Source of the DNA: Syntrophales bacterium
GTDB lineage: Bacteria > Desulfobacterota > Syntrophia > Syntrophales > UBA4778
DNA length: 64,000 bases
Reading direction: 5' to 3'
NCBI GenBank assembly: GCA_963665615.2
Contig: CAXXQE010000001.1
Span: forward strand, 575,151-639,150
Shown here: positions 41,975 to 51,686 of the stretch, piece after piece
Layout of the letters: the number at the start of each line of letters is the position of its first letter
How positions within the stretch are numbered: the stretch's first letter is position 1
The notes under the pieces: model-generated
The model's input: the letters and a program-made list of their open reading frames with translations, nothing else
Told to the model about the DNA's origin: nothing
Databases searched by the model: none
Made by a program: the position numbers and the translations under genes

Positions 41975-42469
41975 ATGAATGAGGCGAATATGGCTGTCGA
42001 TAAAAATGTTGAGTTTCCAACGAGTGACCTGCCCAAGCAGAATGAAAGTAATGTAGCAGTGATAAAGTACGTTTGTATTTTTGGTATCTCATTTATTGCG
42101 CTTGGAATCATAGCAGGTCTGATTAATAAAATATTATATGTTGGCCTGAGTTTCAATTTTCTCATCATAGCAGTGAGCGCTTGGATTGCCTCTAAGGCAT
42201 TTGTAAAAAAGTATGAGCGTTCATTTCATACGATTGAGTATATAAAAATTATTCTAGGTTCATCAATTTTTATTTATTCTTTTCTGTTTCTATTGTTACT
42301 CCCCAAACTAATGAAAGATATACAGTTGGGCAAGGAAACGGCATCTGTAATAATTCCGAAATATTTATTATTCAATTTTGTTGGTGTTGCGGGGTGCTCT
42401 CTGGTCCTTGTATTTTTTTACTCTTCTCTTTTTGTGCGGAAGCTCTCAAAAAAGAAAATTAATGATTAA
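41975..42469 (+). CDS. Gene cassette 2: 4-TM membrane protein
   Basis: Very AT-rich; four hydrophobic helices; stop codon overlaps the attC R'' box. Confidence 0.75.
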   Translation: MNEANMAVDKNVEFPTSDLPKQNESNVAVIKYVCIFGISFIALGIIAGLINKILYVGLSFNFLIIAVSAWIASKAFVKKYERSFHTIEYIKIILGSSIFIYSFLFLLLLPKLMKDIQLGKETASVIIPKYLLFNFVGVAGCSLVLVFFYSSLFVRKLSKKKIND

Positions 42470-42534
42470 CCGAACCATCCACTCCACCCGATCGCGCGCC
42501 TGCGGCGCGCTTCCGGGTGAGCGTTTCGTTCCAT
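42469..42534 (+). mobile_element. attC site 3
   Basis: R'' ACCGAAC, CTC(C)ACCCG/CGGGTGAG with an extrahelical C, GCGCGCC/GGCGCGC apex, R' GTTCCAT, 66 bp. Confidence 0.8.
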
Positions 42535-42598
42535 ATTCCACATCGCGATTTCTCACGTCCAGAATTTTCGCGGCCGTTTGCTTGTAGCTGAAACGCTC

Positions 42599-42638
42599 TT
42601 TTCACCACGCTTTCATTGCACTGTCATCATTCTGTAAC
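42599..42638 (+). promoter_or_regulatory. Pho box array upstream of pstS
   Basis: TTTTCAC, CTTTCAT, CTGTCAT and CTGTAAC at an exact 11-bp period. Confidence 0.8.
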
Positions 42639-42687
42639 ATTTCTGTGTCATGGTGCCTTCAAATAGAATGCAATCAAGGAGGCATGA

Positions 42688-43518
42688 ATGAACAATCTGA
42701 AAAAATATTTCGTCAAGGGGATCGTGGTCGGCGCGGCGCTGCTGATTGGCGTGCAGGCCATGGCGGCGGAGAATCTGGTGGTCAAGGGATCGACAACGGT
42801 GCTGCCGATCGCGCAGGCGGCAGGCGAGGCCTTCATGAAGAAGAACCCCGCGATCAATGTGTCCATCTCCGGCGGCGGCTCCGGCGACGGCATCAAGGCG
42901 CTGATCGACAAGACAACCGACATTGCCGACTCGTCGAGGGACCTGAAGCCCGAGGAAGTGCAACTCGCGGAATCGAAAGGCGTCAAACCCAAGGGATTCG
43001 AGGTCGCCTACGATGCGATCGTTCCGATCGTCAATCCGGCCAACCCGGTCAAGGATCTGACCGTTGAGCAATTGAGCCTGATCTATCAGGGCAAGATCGA
43101 AAGCTGGAAGGAACTCGGCGGTCCTGAAAAGAAGATCACGGTCATCTCTCGCGATACCAGCTCCGGGACCTATGAAACCTGGGAAAACAAGGTGCTGAAG
43201 AAGGCCAAGGTCACCGCGAAGGCGCAACTCCAGGCCTCGAACGGCGCCATCGTTCAGGTGGTATCCAAAAACAAGTATGCGATCGGCTACATCGGCCTCG
43301 GCTATCTGAACAAGACCGTCAAGGGACTCAAGGTGGACGGCATCCAGGCGACTGCGGAAACGGCGCTCTCCGGCAAGTATCCCGTCTCCCGCCCGCTCTA
43401 TATGTTCACCAACGGCGAGCCGACCGGACCGGCGGGTAAATTCATCAACTTTGTGCTCAGCACTGAAGGCCAGGCGATTGTGAAAAAGGAAGGGTTTGTG
43501 CCGATCAAGAAGAAGTGA
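42688..43518 (+). CDS. pstS: Phosphate ABC transporter substrate-binding protein
   Basis: KGSTTVLP, GGGSGDG, DIADSSR, SRDTSSGT, YPVSRPLY. Confidence 0.95.
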   Translation: MNNLKKYFVKGIVVGAALLIGVQAMAAENLVVKGSTTVLPIAQAAGEAFMKKNPAINVSISGGGSGDGIKALIDKTTDIADSSRDLKPEEVQLAESKGVKPKGFEVAYDAIVPIVNPANPVKDLTVEQLSLIYQGKIESWKELGGPEKKITVISRDTSSGTYETWENKVLKKAKVTAKAQLQASNGAIVQVVSKNKYAIGYIGLGYLNKTVKGLKVDGIQATAETALSGKYPVSRPLYMFTNGEPTGPAGKFINFVLSTEGQAIVKKEGFVPIKKK

Positions 43519-43671
43519 ACAGTAAGTAGTAAATAGTAAATGGTAAACAGTAAAAAGTAACAGATAAAAAAAATGCATTACGTGAGAAACTGACCCCGTG
43601 TTTGGCGATGGGTTGCGGGTCATGGACCGGTGACCCATCACTATTCACTTTTCACTATTGACTATTCACTG
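43514..43671. repeat. Inverted heptamer arrays between pstS and pstC
   Basis: (AGTRAAY)n ... (TTCACTA-like)n. Confidence 0.7.
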
Positions 43672-43675
43672 ATAT

Positions 43676-44563
43676 ATGAGCCGCCGTTTAAAAGAAATCC
43701 TCATCAAGAACCTTTTCATGATCGTTGCAATGATCTCCATCCTGATCCTTGCGCTGATCATTGGCTTTCTCTTTCGCGAGGCAGCGCCGCTGTTCAAAAA
43801 GGTTTCTATCACTGAGTTTCTGTTCAATACGCAGTGGTATCCTACCTCTGATCCTGCCGAATTCGGCATCGGGTCTTTGATCATCGCGTCGTTCATCGTC
43901 ACCATTTTATCGACGCTGATCGCCGTCCCTCTTGGTCTTCTCTCGGCCATTTATATTGCAGAGCTGGCCAGTCCGGTGGTCAAGGAATTTCTCAAACCGG
44001 TCATCGAACTGTTGGCGGGACTGCCGTCGGTCGTACTCGGTTTTTTCGGCATGGTGATCCTCGCGCCCTGGTTCCAGGAGACCTTTGATTTATCTACGGG
44101 TCTCAATATCGTGACGGCCTCGATCATGCTGGCATTGATGGCCATTCCGACCATTTCCAGTATTTCGGAAGATGCCCTCTATGCCGTACCCCGGGAGTTC
44201 AAGGAGGCGGCTTATGCGCTGGGCGCCACGAAGTTTGAAACGATTGTGACGGTGATTGTGCCCGCGGCCCTTTCGGGAATTTCCACTGCGGTCATTCTGG
44301 GAATGTCTCGGGCCATCGGTGAGACGATGGTGGTGTTGATGGTGGCTGGTGGAGCGACTGCGATTCCGGAGAGCATCTTCGATCCGGTCCGGCCGATGCC
44401 GGCGAGCATTGCCGCGGAAATGGGCGAGGCTCCGCATGGAAGCCTGCATTACAACGCCCTCTTTGCAACCGGCGTGGTCCTGTTTTTTTTGACACTCGGC
44501 TTCAATCTGGTAGCCGACTATGTCTCGAACAAATTCAAGGAAGTCGGCTCGGGAACGCTGTAA
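43676..44563 (+). CDS. pstC: Phosphate ABC transporter permease
   Basis: ELLAGLPSVVLG, EAAYALGAT, RAIGETMVV. Confidence 0.95.
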   Translation: MSRRLKEILIKNLFMIVAMISILILALIIGFLFREAAPLFKKVSITEFLFNTQWYPTSDPAEFGIGSLIIASFIVTILSTLIAVPLGLLSAIYIAELASPVVKEFLKPVIELLAGLPSVVLGFFGMVILAPWFQETFDLSTGLNIVTASIMLALMAIPTISSISEDALYAVPREFKEAAYALGATKFETIVTVIVPAALSGISTAVILGMSRAIGETMVVLMVAGGATAIPESIFDPVRPMPASIAAEMGEAPHGSLHYNALFATGVVLFFLTLGFNLVADYVSNKFKEVGSGTL

Positions 44564-44605
44564 AAGGCAGCTGTGAGCTGTTAGCAATTAGCAAATAATA
44601 TTCCG

Positions 44606-44791
44606 TGTCATCCCCGCTTTGAGACTGTGTCACAATTGTCATTGCGAGGAGCGACAGCGACGCGGCAATCTCGTAATATGATGAAATCACGAGATCACCA
44701 CGCCGCCTGAGAGGCGGCTCCCCGTTACAGCATCGGGACAAGCGTGATGACAAAAGTGGATTGCGACACAGAATCTTTCGCGGGAATGACA
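44606..44791. repeat. Three nested palindromic (REP/MITE-like) elements
   Basis: Outer TGTCATCCCCGC/GCGGGAATGACA; middle AGACTGTGTCACAAT/ATTGCGACACAGAATCT; inner GTCATTGCGAGGAGCG..GCAATCTC...GAGAT...GCGTGATGAC. Confidence 0.7.
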
Positions 44792-44841
44792 ATGAAAATC
44801 CGACTTTGACATATTGCGGGATTGTCAGCGATTAATAAAAA

Positions 44842-45762
44842 ATGAATGATACGACTTTGACTCGAAACTCGAAACTCGAAACTCGAAACGCCCCGCCTCC
44901 GGCGGGGCTGCGGCTGCGCTACCTCAAGCAGCAACTGTTCTTTATGGCGCTGCGGCTTTCCATTGCCGTGATTATTCTGGCGCTTGGCGGCATTCTCTTC
45001 TTTGTGTTCATTAACGGCATCTCCGCTATCAACTGGGAGTTTCTCTCGACTTTTCCAAGGGATTCCATGACGCGCGGCGGCATCTTCCCGGCGATTGTCG
45101 GAACGGTCTATCTGACCCTGGGGGCGATCCTGGTTGCGCTTCCCCTCGGTGTGGCATCCGCCGTCTATCTGACCGAGTATGCGCGCGGCGGCCGACTGGT
45201 GCGCTTGATCCGGATCGGCGTGAACAGTCTGGCGGGGGTTCCGTCTGTCGTATTCGGTCTTTTCGGGCTGGGCCTTTTCGTCGTCTATTTCAAGTGCGGG
45301 TCGAGTCTGCTGGCCGGATCGCTCACGCTGGGATTCCTCATCCTGCCGACGATCATCGGCGCGACGGAAGAGGCGCTGAAGGCGGTGCCTCAAACCTTCC
45401 GCGAGGCCTCGCTGGCGCTGGGCGTTTCGAAATGGCAGACAATCGCCCGGATTGTCCTGCCGAATGCGCTGCCGGGAATTCTTACCGGTTCAATCCTGAG
45501 TATCGGGCGCGCTGCCGGAGAGACGGCGCCGATCATGTTTACGGCGGCGGCCTTTTTTACGACCAGGCTGCCGGGTTCCATTTTTGATGAGGTCATGGCT
45601 TTGCCTTATCACATCTATGTGCTGGCTACCGCTGGAACCCATATTGACGAAACCAGGCCTCTCCAATATGGTACAGTCCTTGTTCTAGTGACCCTTGTGC
45701 TTGGCGTGGATCTTGTGGCAATCTCGATCAGAAGTTATATCAGAAGCAGAAAAAGGTGGTAG
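44842..45762 (+). CDS. pstA: Phosphate ABC transporter permease
   Basis: [40 protein letters not shown]. Confidence 0.95.
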   Translation: MNDTTLTRNSKLETRNAPPPAGLRLRYLKQQLFFMALRLSIAVIILALGGILFFVFINGISAINWEFLSTFPRDSMTRGGIFPAIVGTVYLTLGAILVALPLGVASAVYLTEYARGGRLVRLIRIGVNSLAGVPSVVFGLFGLGLFVVYFKCGSSLLAGSLTLGFLILPTIIGATEEALKAVPQTFREASLALGVSKWQTIARIVLPNALPGILTGSILSIGRAAGETAPIMFTAAAFFTTRLPGSIFDEVMALPYHIYVLATAGTHIDETRPLQYGTVLVLVTLVLGVDLVAISIRSYIRSRKRW

Positions 45763-45766
45763 CGGC

Positions 45767-46525
45767 GTGGATAACGACATCATCAAAACCGAACAGGTGA
45801 ATTTTTACTATGGCGTGACGCGGGCGCTGACCGACATCACCATGTCTTTCGAAAAAAACAGGGTGACCGCCCTGATCGGTCCCTCCGGCTGCGGCAAATC
45901 AACGTTGCTGAGGCTGCTGAACCGGATGAACGACCTCATCGCAGGGACGCGCGTAGAGGGGAATATCCTCTTCGAGGGGCGTAATATCTATGACCCTGAC
46001 GTGGATCCGGTCGATATCCGCCGGAGGGTCGGGATGGTCTTTCAGAAACCCAACCCCTTCCCGAAGTCGATTTTCAACAATATCATCTACGGGCCACGGC
46101 TTTCGGGGATTCGCAACCGTTATGAGCTGGAGTCCCTGGTGGAGACCAGTCTGAGGCAGGCGGTTCTCTGGGACGAGGTCAAGGACATCCTGAACAGATC
46201 TGCCATGGCGCTCTCCGGTGGCCAGCAGCAGCGGCTCTGTATCGCCAGAGCGCTGGCCATGAAACCGGACGTGCTTTTGATGGACGAGCCGACCTCGGCG
46301 CTAGATCCGATTTCGACGGCCAAAATTGAGGAGTTGATTGACGAACTGAAAAAGGATTATACGATTATTATCGTGACGCACAACATGCAGCAGGCCGCGC
46401 GGATTTCGGATAAAACCGGATTCTTCTATCTCGGCAGACTGATCGAATATAACCAGACGGAGAAGATCTTTACGACGCCGGATGTGAAACAGACGGAAGA
46501 TTACATTACGGGAAGATTTGGGTAA
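45767..46525 (+). CDS. pstB: Phosphate ABC transporter ATPase
   Basis: [45 protein letters not shown] start. Confidence 0.96.
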   Translation: MDNDIIKTEQVNFYYGVTRALTDITMSFEKNRVTALIGPSGCGKSTLLRLLNRMNDLIAGTRVEGNILFEGRNIYDPDVDPVDIRRRVGMVFQKPNPFPKSIFNNIIYGPRLSGIRNRYELESLVETSLRQAVLWDEVKDILNRSAMALSGGQQQRLCIARALAMKPDVLLMDEPTSALDPISTAKIEELIDELKKDYTIIIVTHNMQQAARISDKTGFFYLGRLIEYNQTEKIFTTPDVKQTEDYITGRFG

Positions 46526-46594
46526 GGGAGTAAATAGCAAACAGTAAACAGTGAACAGCGGCTGACGCCGCGGTGACGAGTAACAAGTCACGAG

Positions 46595-46904
46595 TGATGG
46601 TCTTGTAAAAAGTCAGGGAATGAGGATGACGGGCCGGCTCTCTGCCGCTCAAAAATCTTTTTCCGTCATGTTCAGCGCCAAATTGCCAATGCCGTCGGGC
46701 TGAAAAAATCTTTGAATTCGGCAGCGAGCGCATAGCCCGTGGCTTGCCGCGGGGTAAGCGAGTGCATAAGGATGGGGCATTTTCCTTGGGAATCGGTGAT
46801 ACACCGGAGCTTGCTCCGGTGAGTCGCCAATCGCGTTCGAGACCCAGTCCGTCATCCTCTTGTTTTATGATTGATACGTTATTCGATTTTTTACGAGTTC
46901 ATCA
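46595..46904 (+). mobile_element. MITE family A, complete copy with ~114-bp passenger (46716-46830)
   Basis: TIRs TGATGGTCTTGTAAAAAGTC / GATTTTTTACGAGTTCATCA; flanking direct repeat CGAG. Confidence 0.85.
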
Positions 46905-47050
46905 CGAGTGACAAACACAAATGCATCTGGCTACATGCGAAGCGCTGTGTCGCAGCGATATAACAGGAACTCAGTTGGCAACTGACTCGGAAGCGAAAAG
47001 TGAAAAGAGAGAATGAATGGCGCTACGGCGTTATGACTCAGGAGAATCGA

Positions 47051-47758
47051 ATGATCGAACAGCGAAAACACACCAGCGCGCAGTATGAGCGGGAGTTGAG
47101 GGAGATCAAGGACGGACTCATCTATGCGGGCGTCCTGACGGAAAAGGCCATTGGTTTAGCCATGCGTGCCCTGCTGGAGCGGGATTCGGATCTGGCCCGT
47201 CAGGTGGTTCAGAACGATGACGATATCGATGCCCTGGATATGGAGATGGAGGAGCGTTGCGTTCGGCTGCTGGCGTTGAGACAGCCAGCCGCACGCGATC
47301 TGAGGTTTATTACCACGGCGATCAAGATCAGCGGTCATCTGGAACGCATCGGCGATATGGCGGTCAATATTGCCGAGAAGGCGCTCCTGCTCAACGACGT
47401 GCCTCAGTTGAAGCCTTATATCGATCTGCCGCGAATGTCCGATATCACCAAGGGGATGATCACCGAAAGCCTCGACGCTCTGGTCAATGAAAAGTGTGAA
47501 CTGGCCGACGAGGTCCGCCGCAAGGAATCAGTGGTTGACGGTTTGAACGACCAGATTTTTCGGGAGCTGCTTACCTTCATGTTGGAAAATCCCCAGACGA
47601 TTCACCGCGCCCTTCTGATCATGCAGGTCTCCAAGAACCTTGAGCGTATTGCCGATCACGCCAAAGGCATCGCCGACATGGTCATCTACATGGTAACGGG
47701 GCGCAGTGTCCGTCATCAATATCCGTTGGATGTCTGCCAGAACGACGCAAAGGAATAA
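47051..47758 (+). CDS. phoU: Phosphate signalling protein (start 47051 or 47033)
   Basis: QPAARDLR, LERIGD and LERIADH repeats. Confidence 0.95.
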   Translation: MIEQRKHTSAQYERELREIKDGLIYAGVLTEKAIGLAMRALLERDSDLARQVVQNDDDIDALDMEMEERCVRLLALRQPAARDLRFITTAIKISGHLERIGDMAVNIAEKALLLNDVPQLKPYIDLPRMSDITKGMITESLDALVNEKCELADEVRRKESVVDGLNDQIFRELLTFMLENPQTIHRALLIMQVSKNLERIADHAKGIADMVIYMVTGRSVRHQYPLDVCQNDAKE

Positions 47759-47764
47759 TGGCCC

Positions 47765-49507
47765 GTGAAAAGTCGACTCTTCTATAAAACATTTGCAACC
47801 TATCTGCTGATCCTCGTTTTAACGGTCGGCTCTGTTTATTTTCTGCTTTGGCGGGAGATTAAGACCTCCGCGCCCCAGCGCGCAGAATCGGAGTTGATGC
47901 GCTATGCGGGGATTATCGACCTCGAATCGCGAAAGGACATCAGCGCGAGGATTAACCAACTGGCCCGCCAATCAGAGGCCCGAGTGACCCTGATGGATGA
48001 AACGGGAAAGGTGCTCTCCGATTCTGAAAAACCGGCCAGCGAACTGGAAAACCATCTGGATCGTCCCGAAATACAGGAGGCGAGGTTGCGGGGGAAAGGT
48101 CGTGCGATCCGTTACAGCCACACGCTAGGCGTGGACATGCTCTATGTCGCTTTGCCGGTAAGGCAGAAGGGTAAAACGGTCGGCTATGTACGGCTGGCGC
48201 GCCCCCTTTATGAGGTCCGGCATGCGACCGACCGTCTCTACTGGCACAGCGTCAAGGTCGTTGCAATAATGATTGTCCCGGCCATACTGATTGCGCTGCT
48301 TTTCGCCTATCGTCTTACCGCGCCGATCAAGCGCATGGAGCGATTTACCGACGACTTGAGGCATGGGCGTAAAACGAGACTTCTTCTGATTCGAGCGGGC
48401 GGCGAAATGCGGCAGCTTGCGGAAAATCTCAATTACCTTGTTCAGGAGCTGCAAAGTCAGGTGCGTCTGGCCAATGAGGAAAAGGAAAAGCTGGAGGCTG
48501 CATACGGCAGCATGAAGGAAGGCGTCCTGATTCTCGATCGCGACGAACGGATTGAAACGTTCAACACTGTTCTGCCGCAGATCCTTTCTGCACGAGGGGG
48601 TGATATCACGGGCCGGACGCTGATTGAAGCCTTTCGAAATATCGAGTTGCAGAACGCGCTGGCTCGCTTCAAGGAGGCAGGGGAACCGCTCAGCCGCGAA
48701 ATCGCCATCAGCGATCCCACTTTTATGGTGATGGACGTCAGTATCGCGAAGATCCGGGGTGAAGAGGGCAAGACGATCCTGGTTTTTCATGATATTACCC
48801 GTCTCAAGCTGTTGGAACGAATGCGGGTCGATTTCGTCGCCAATGTGACACATGAAATCAAGACGCCCCTGACGGCTATTTTGGGGTTTGTGGAGACCCT
48901 TCGGGAGGGGGCTATCGAGGACGGGAAAACCGCGCGGCGCTTTTTGGAAATCATTGAAAACCACGCCAACCGGCTCAACCGTCTTCTAGACGATCTGCTG
49001 ACGATTTCCAATATCGAGTTGGGAGACATGCGGATGTTCTTCGAGAGTGTTTCCTTAAGCGGCGTTTCAGAAAATGTCGTCTCGACGCTGACGCCCCGGG
49101 CCATCGAAAAATCGGTTGTCTTGCAAGCCGACATTCCTGAAGATCTTCCGCTTATCCGGGCCGATCGCGACCGGCTTGTGCAGATACTCCTCAATGTTGT
49201 CGATAACGCCGTCAAGTTTACGCCCGAGGGGGGAAGGGTTTCGATTGTTGCGACAGATGAAAAAGACGGGACGGTATCCGTGCGGATTATGGATACGGGC
49301 ATCGGCATTCCGGCGAACGAGATCGCCCGGTTGGGTGAACGATTCTATCGTGTCGATCGGACGCGTTCGCGGGAGTTGGGCGGAACCGGCCTCGGGCTTT
49401 CGATCGTCAAGCACCTCATGGCGGTACATGAGGGAAAACTGGAGATTCAGAGCCGGCTGGGTCAGGGAACCACCGTTTCGCTGAGGTTTCCGGTCTATAG
49501 CGGCTGA
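47765..49507 (+). CDS. phoR: Phosphate regulon sensor histidine kinase
   Basis: ENHLDRPE sensor, HAMP/PAS, FVANVTHEIKTPL, ERFYRVD, GGTGLGL. Confidence 0.9.
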   Translation: MKSRLFYKTFATYLLILVLTVGSVYFLLWREIKTSAPQRAESELMRYAGIIDLESRKDISARINQLARQSEARVTLMDETGKVLSDSEKPASELENHLDRPEIQEARLRGKGRAIRYSHTLGVDMLYVALPVRQKGKTVGYVRLARPLYEVRHATDRLYWHSVKVVAIMIVPAILIALLFAYRLTAPIKRMERFTDDLRHGRKTRLLLIRAGGEMRQLAENLNYLVQELQSQVRLANEEKEKLEAAYGSMKEGVLILDRDERIETFNTVLPQILSARGGDITGRTLIEAFRNIELQNALARFKEAGEPLSREIAISDPTFMVMDVSIAKIRGEEGKTILVFHDITRLKLLERMRVDFVANVTHEIKTPLTAILGFVETLREGAIEDGKTARRFLEIIENHANRLNRLLDDLLTISNIELGDMRMFFESVSLSGVSENVVSTLTPRAIEKSVVLQADIPEDLPLIRADRDRLVQILLNVVDNAVKFTPEGGRVSIVATDEKDGTVSVRIMDTGIGIPANEIARLGERFYRVDRTRSRELGGTGLGLSIVKHLMAVHEGKLEIQSRLGQGTTVSLRFPVYSG

Positions 49508-49707
49508 GGCCGCTACGGTAGTAAAGGGTCACAAGAAACAAGGGTTACGCGCACTGGTGCAGTCCTGCGGTCTGGGTCTTTTTAATCACCGGAGCAACAA
49601 CTTGTGAAGATAGGCAGAAGAGAGAATAAGAAAAGGGCCTGAAAGCTCAAAGGGGCCAAGGGAAACTTTTTCCGCTTGTCACTCGTTACTTGTCACTGTC
49701 ACTGCTT

Positions 49708-50712
49708 TCAACTCCAAAAAAGTTTCTCCAGGGACCAGTACATCAGTGCGGAAATGGCAGCCGAGACGGGGATGGTCAGGATCCATGCCCAAACGATTGA
49801 GCCGGCGACTCCCCAGCGAACGGCCGTCACGCGCTGCGTGGCACCAACCCCCATGATGGCGCCGGTAATGGTGTGGGTCGTGCTGACCGGAATGCCGGCG
49901 ATGGAGGCCCCGATCAGGGAGCTGGCAGCGGCGGTCTCCGCGCAAAATCCCCCCATCGGCCGCAACTTGGTAATTCGAGTTCCCATCGTCTTGACGATCC
50001 GCCAACCACCCGCCATCGTTCCCAAAGCGATGGTGAAATTACAGATCAGAACGACCCAAAAGGGCACATGAAAGGTGTTCCCCAGGTAGCCGCCGCTGAA
50101 GAGGACAATGGCGATGATCCCCATTGTTTTTTGGGCGTCGTTCATGCCGTGCCCGAAGCTGTGCACCGCGGCTGAGACGAGTTGCAGTTTTCTGAAGGTC
50201 CGATCCGCTTTTGCGACGCTGAAGTGTCGGGTGATATTCAGGACGATGACCATGTAGGTCAGTCCCAGGCAAAACCCGATGGTCGGCGACAGGATGATAA
50301 AGCTCGCTGTCTTGATGATTCCTTTCCAGACCAGGACATCCGTGCCGCCCTTGACCAATCCCACGCCGATCAGCCCTCCAATCAGCGCGTGTGATGAACT
50401 GCTCGGCAGCCCTCCGTACCAGGTAATCAGGTTCCAGGTAATTGCGCCCAGCAGGGCGGCGAGAATCAAATGGTTTTCAATAATAGACGGCGAAATGATG
50501 CCTGTTCCGATGGTTTTGGCGACCGGGGTTCCGATGGAAAAGGCGGCGACGAAGTTGAAGAAAGCGGCCCAGTAGACGGCGTGTTTGGGCGATAAAACCC
50601 GCGTTGAGACAACGCACGAAATGGAATTCGCGGCGTCGTGGAAGCCGTTGATAAAATCGAAAACAAGGGCGATAAAGATAATCAGGATGAGGCAGAACAG
50701 TACGCTATCCAT
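49708..50712 (-). CDS. pit: Inorganic phosphate transporter (PiT family)
   Basis: NGFHDAAN, PSSSSH, GHGMNDAQK, PVSTTH. Confidence 0.93.
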   Translation of the reverse strand: MDSVLFCLILIIFIALVFDFINGFHDAANSISCVVSTRVLSPKHAVYWAAFFNFVAAFSIGTPVAKTIGTGIISPSIIENHLILAALLGAITWNLITWYGGLPSSSSHALIGGLIGVGLVKGGTDVLVWKGIIKTASFIILSPTIGFCLGLTYMVIVLNITRHFSVAKADRTFRKLQLVSAAVHSFGHGMNDAQKTMGIIAIVLFSGGYLGNTFHVPFWVVLICNFTIALGTMAGGWRIVKTMGTRITKLRPMGGFCAETAAASSLIGASIAGIPVSTTHTITGAIMGVGATQRVTAVRWGVAGSIVWAWILTIPVSAAISALMYWSLEKLFWS

Positions 50713-51325
50713 GTTTCAGGACGATCCCCTCCACGATGTTTGAGACATCCTCGCACATATCGAGTGCCTCCTCGATCCGTTCGCAGATCTCTTTGAGTTT
50801 GATCAGATTGATGGCGTCCTTTTCATTTTCGAAGAGACGGGCCACTGCGGTGCGCAGGACATAGTCGCCTTCATTTTCCAGGGTATTAATCTCGACGCAG
50901 ACATCGAGGATTTTCTGTGTGTTTTTCTTGTTCCGCATGGCATAGACGATCTTCTTAATTGCCGTCACCGCCTGCTCCAGGAGGGTGGAGAGAATGATAA
51001 TTTCCTGGATCGGTTCCTTGATTTTATAGAGAAACATCCGGACGGCGGCAGCCTCAATCATATCGAGCACGCTGTCCATCCGATTGACGAGGGCGTAGAT
51101 GTCTTCCCGGTCGATAGGGGTCAGGAAGGTCTTGTGCATCTTTTCATAAGTCCGATGGGTGATCGTGTCGGCCTCATGTTCGATCTCTTTGAGCTTCGAG
51201 ACCTTTGGCTCCGAGTATTCGTAGTTGTTCAGGATTTCGAGAAAAACCTTGGAGCCCTCATGGATTTTCTCGGCCAATTCCTCGAAGAGATCGTAGAACT
51301 TTTCGTCTTTTGGAATGATTCTCAT
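50705..51325 (-). CDS. DUF47 PiT accessory protein
   Basis: EHEAD, FLTPIDREDI, ENEGD, EDVSN; coupled to pit. Confidence 0.9.
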   Translation of the reverse strand: MRIIPKDEKFYDLFEELAEKIHEGSKVFLEILNNYEYSEPKVSKLKEIEHEADTITHRTYEKMHKTFLTPIDREDIYALVNRMDSVLDMIEAAAVRMFLYKIKEPIQEIIILSTLLEQAVTAIKKIVYAMRNKKNTQKILDVCVEINTLENEGDYVLRTAVARLFENEKDAINLIKLKEICERIEEALDMCEDVSNIVEGIVLKHG

Positions 51326-51686
51326 AGATGTGTCTGTCCTTTCGCATCTTCTCTTCGTGTCGGGCGTTACAGTGCGGCGACTATGTAACACAGACCGGGG
51401 GGGATTGCAAAGGGCTTTATGAGATTTTTGAAGACGACTCGAATTATAATTGTCTTGAATAATTATGCGGTTACTGTTAATGATGCAAATTTAAATCAGT
51501 TCGCTTTTTGTTGCTGTTGTTTCTCCTGGCAGGCTCGTCGTTTCGCTATTTGATCTGGTCACATGAAAAAAAATTACCTGCCGGCTTGACAGATGATCAA
51601 TGATGTTTATGTTATGCCTGTTTTAGGGCTAACGTGTTCAATACTAGAGATAGTAAGCATATAAATCGAAAGGAGGACGTATTGGA

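Noticed and set aside
43514..43671. Heptamer arrays or attC sites as a CRISPR array
   Set aside because: No constant 23-47 bp repeats with regular unique spacers, and no cas genes
46506..46855. Short ORFs within MITE copies (also 25463-25705, 35783-36229, 60708 start)
   Set aside because: Their shared peptide (HDGKRFLSGREP) simply reflects the repeat; starts, stops and lengths are not conserved between copies
51580..51686. CIRCE element upstream of groES
   Set aside because: No TTAGCACTC-N9-GAGTGCTAA match; only a TTGACA-N16-TATGTT promoter is visible
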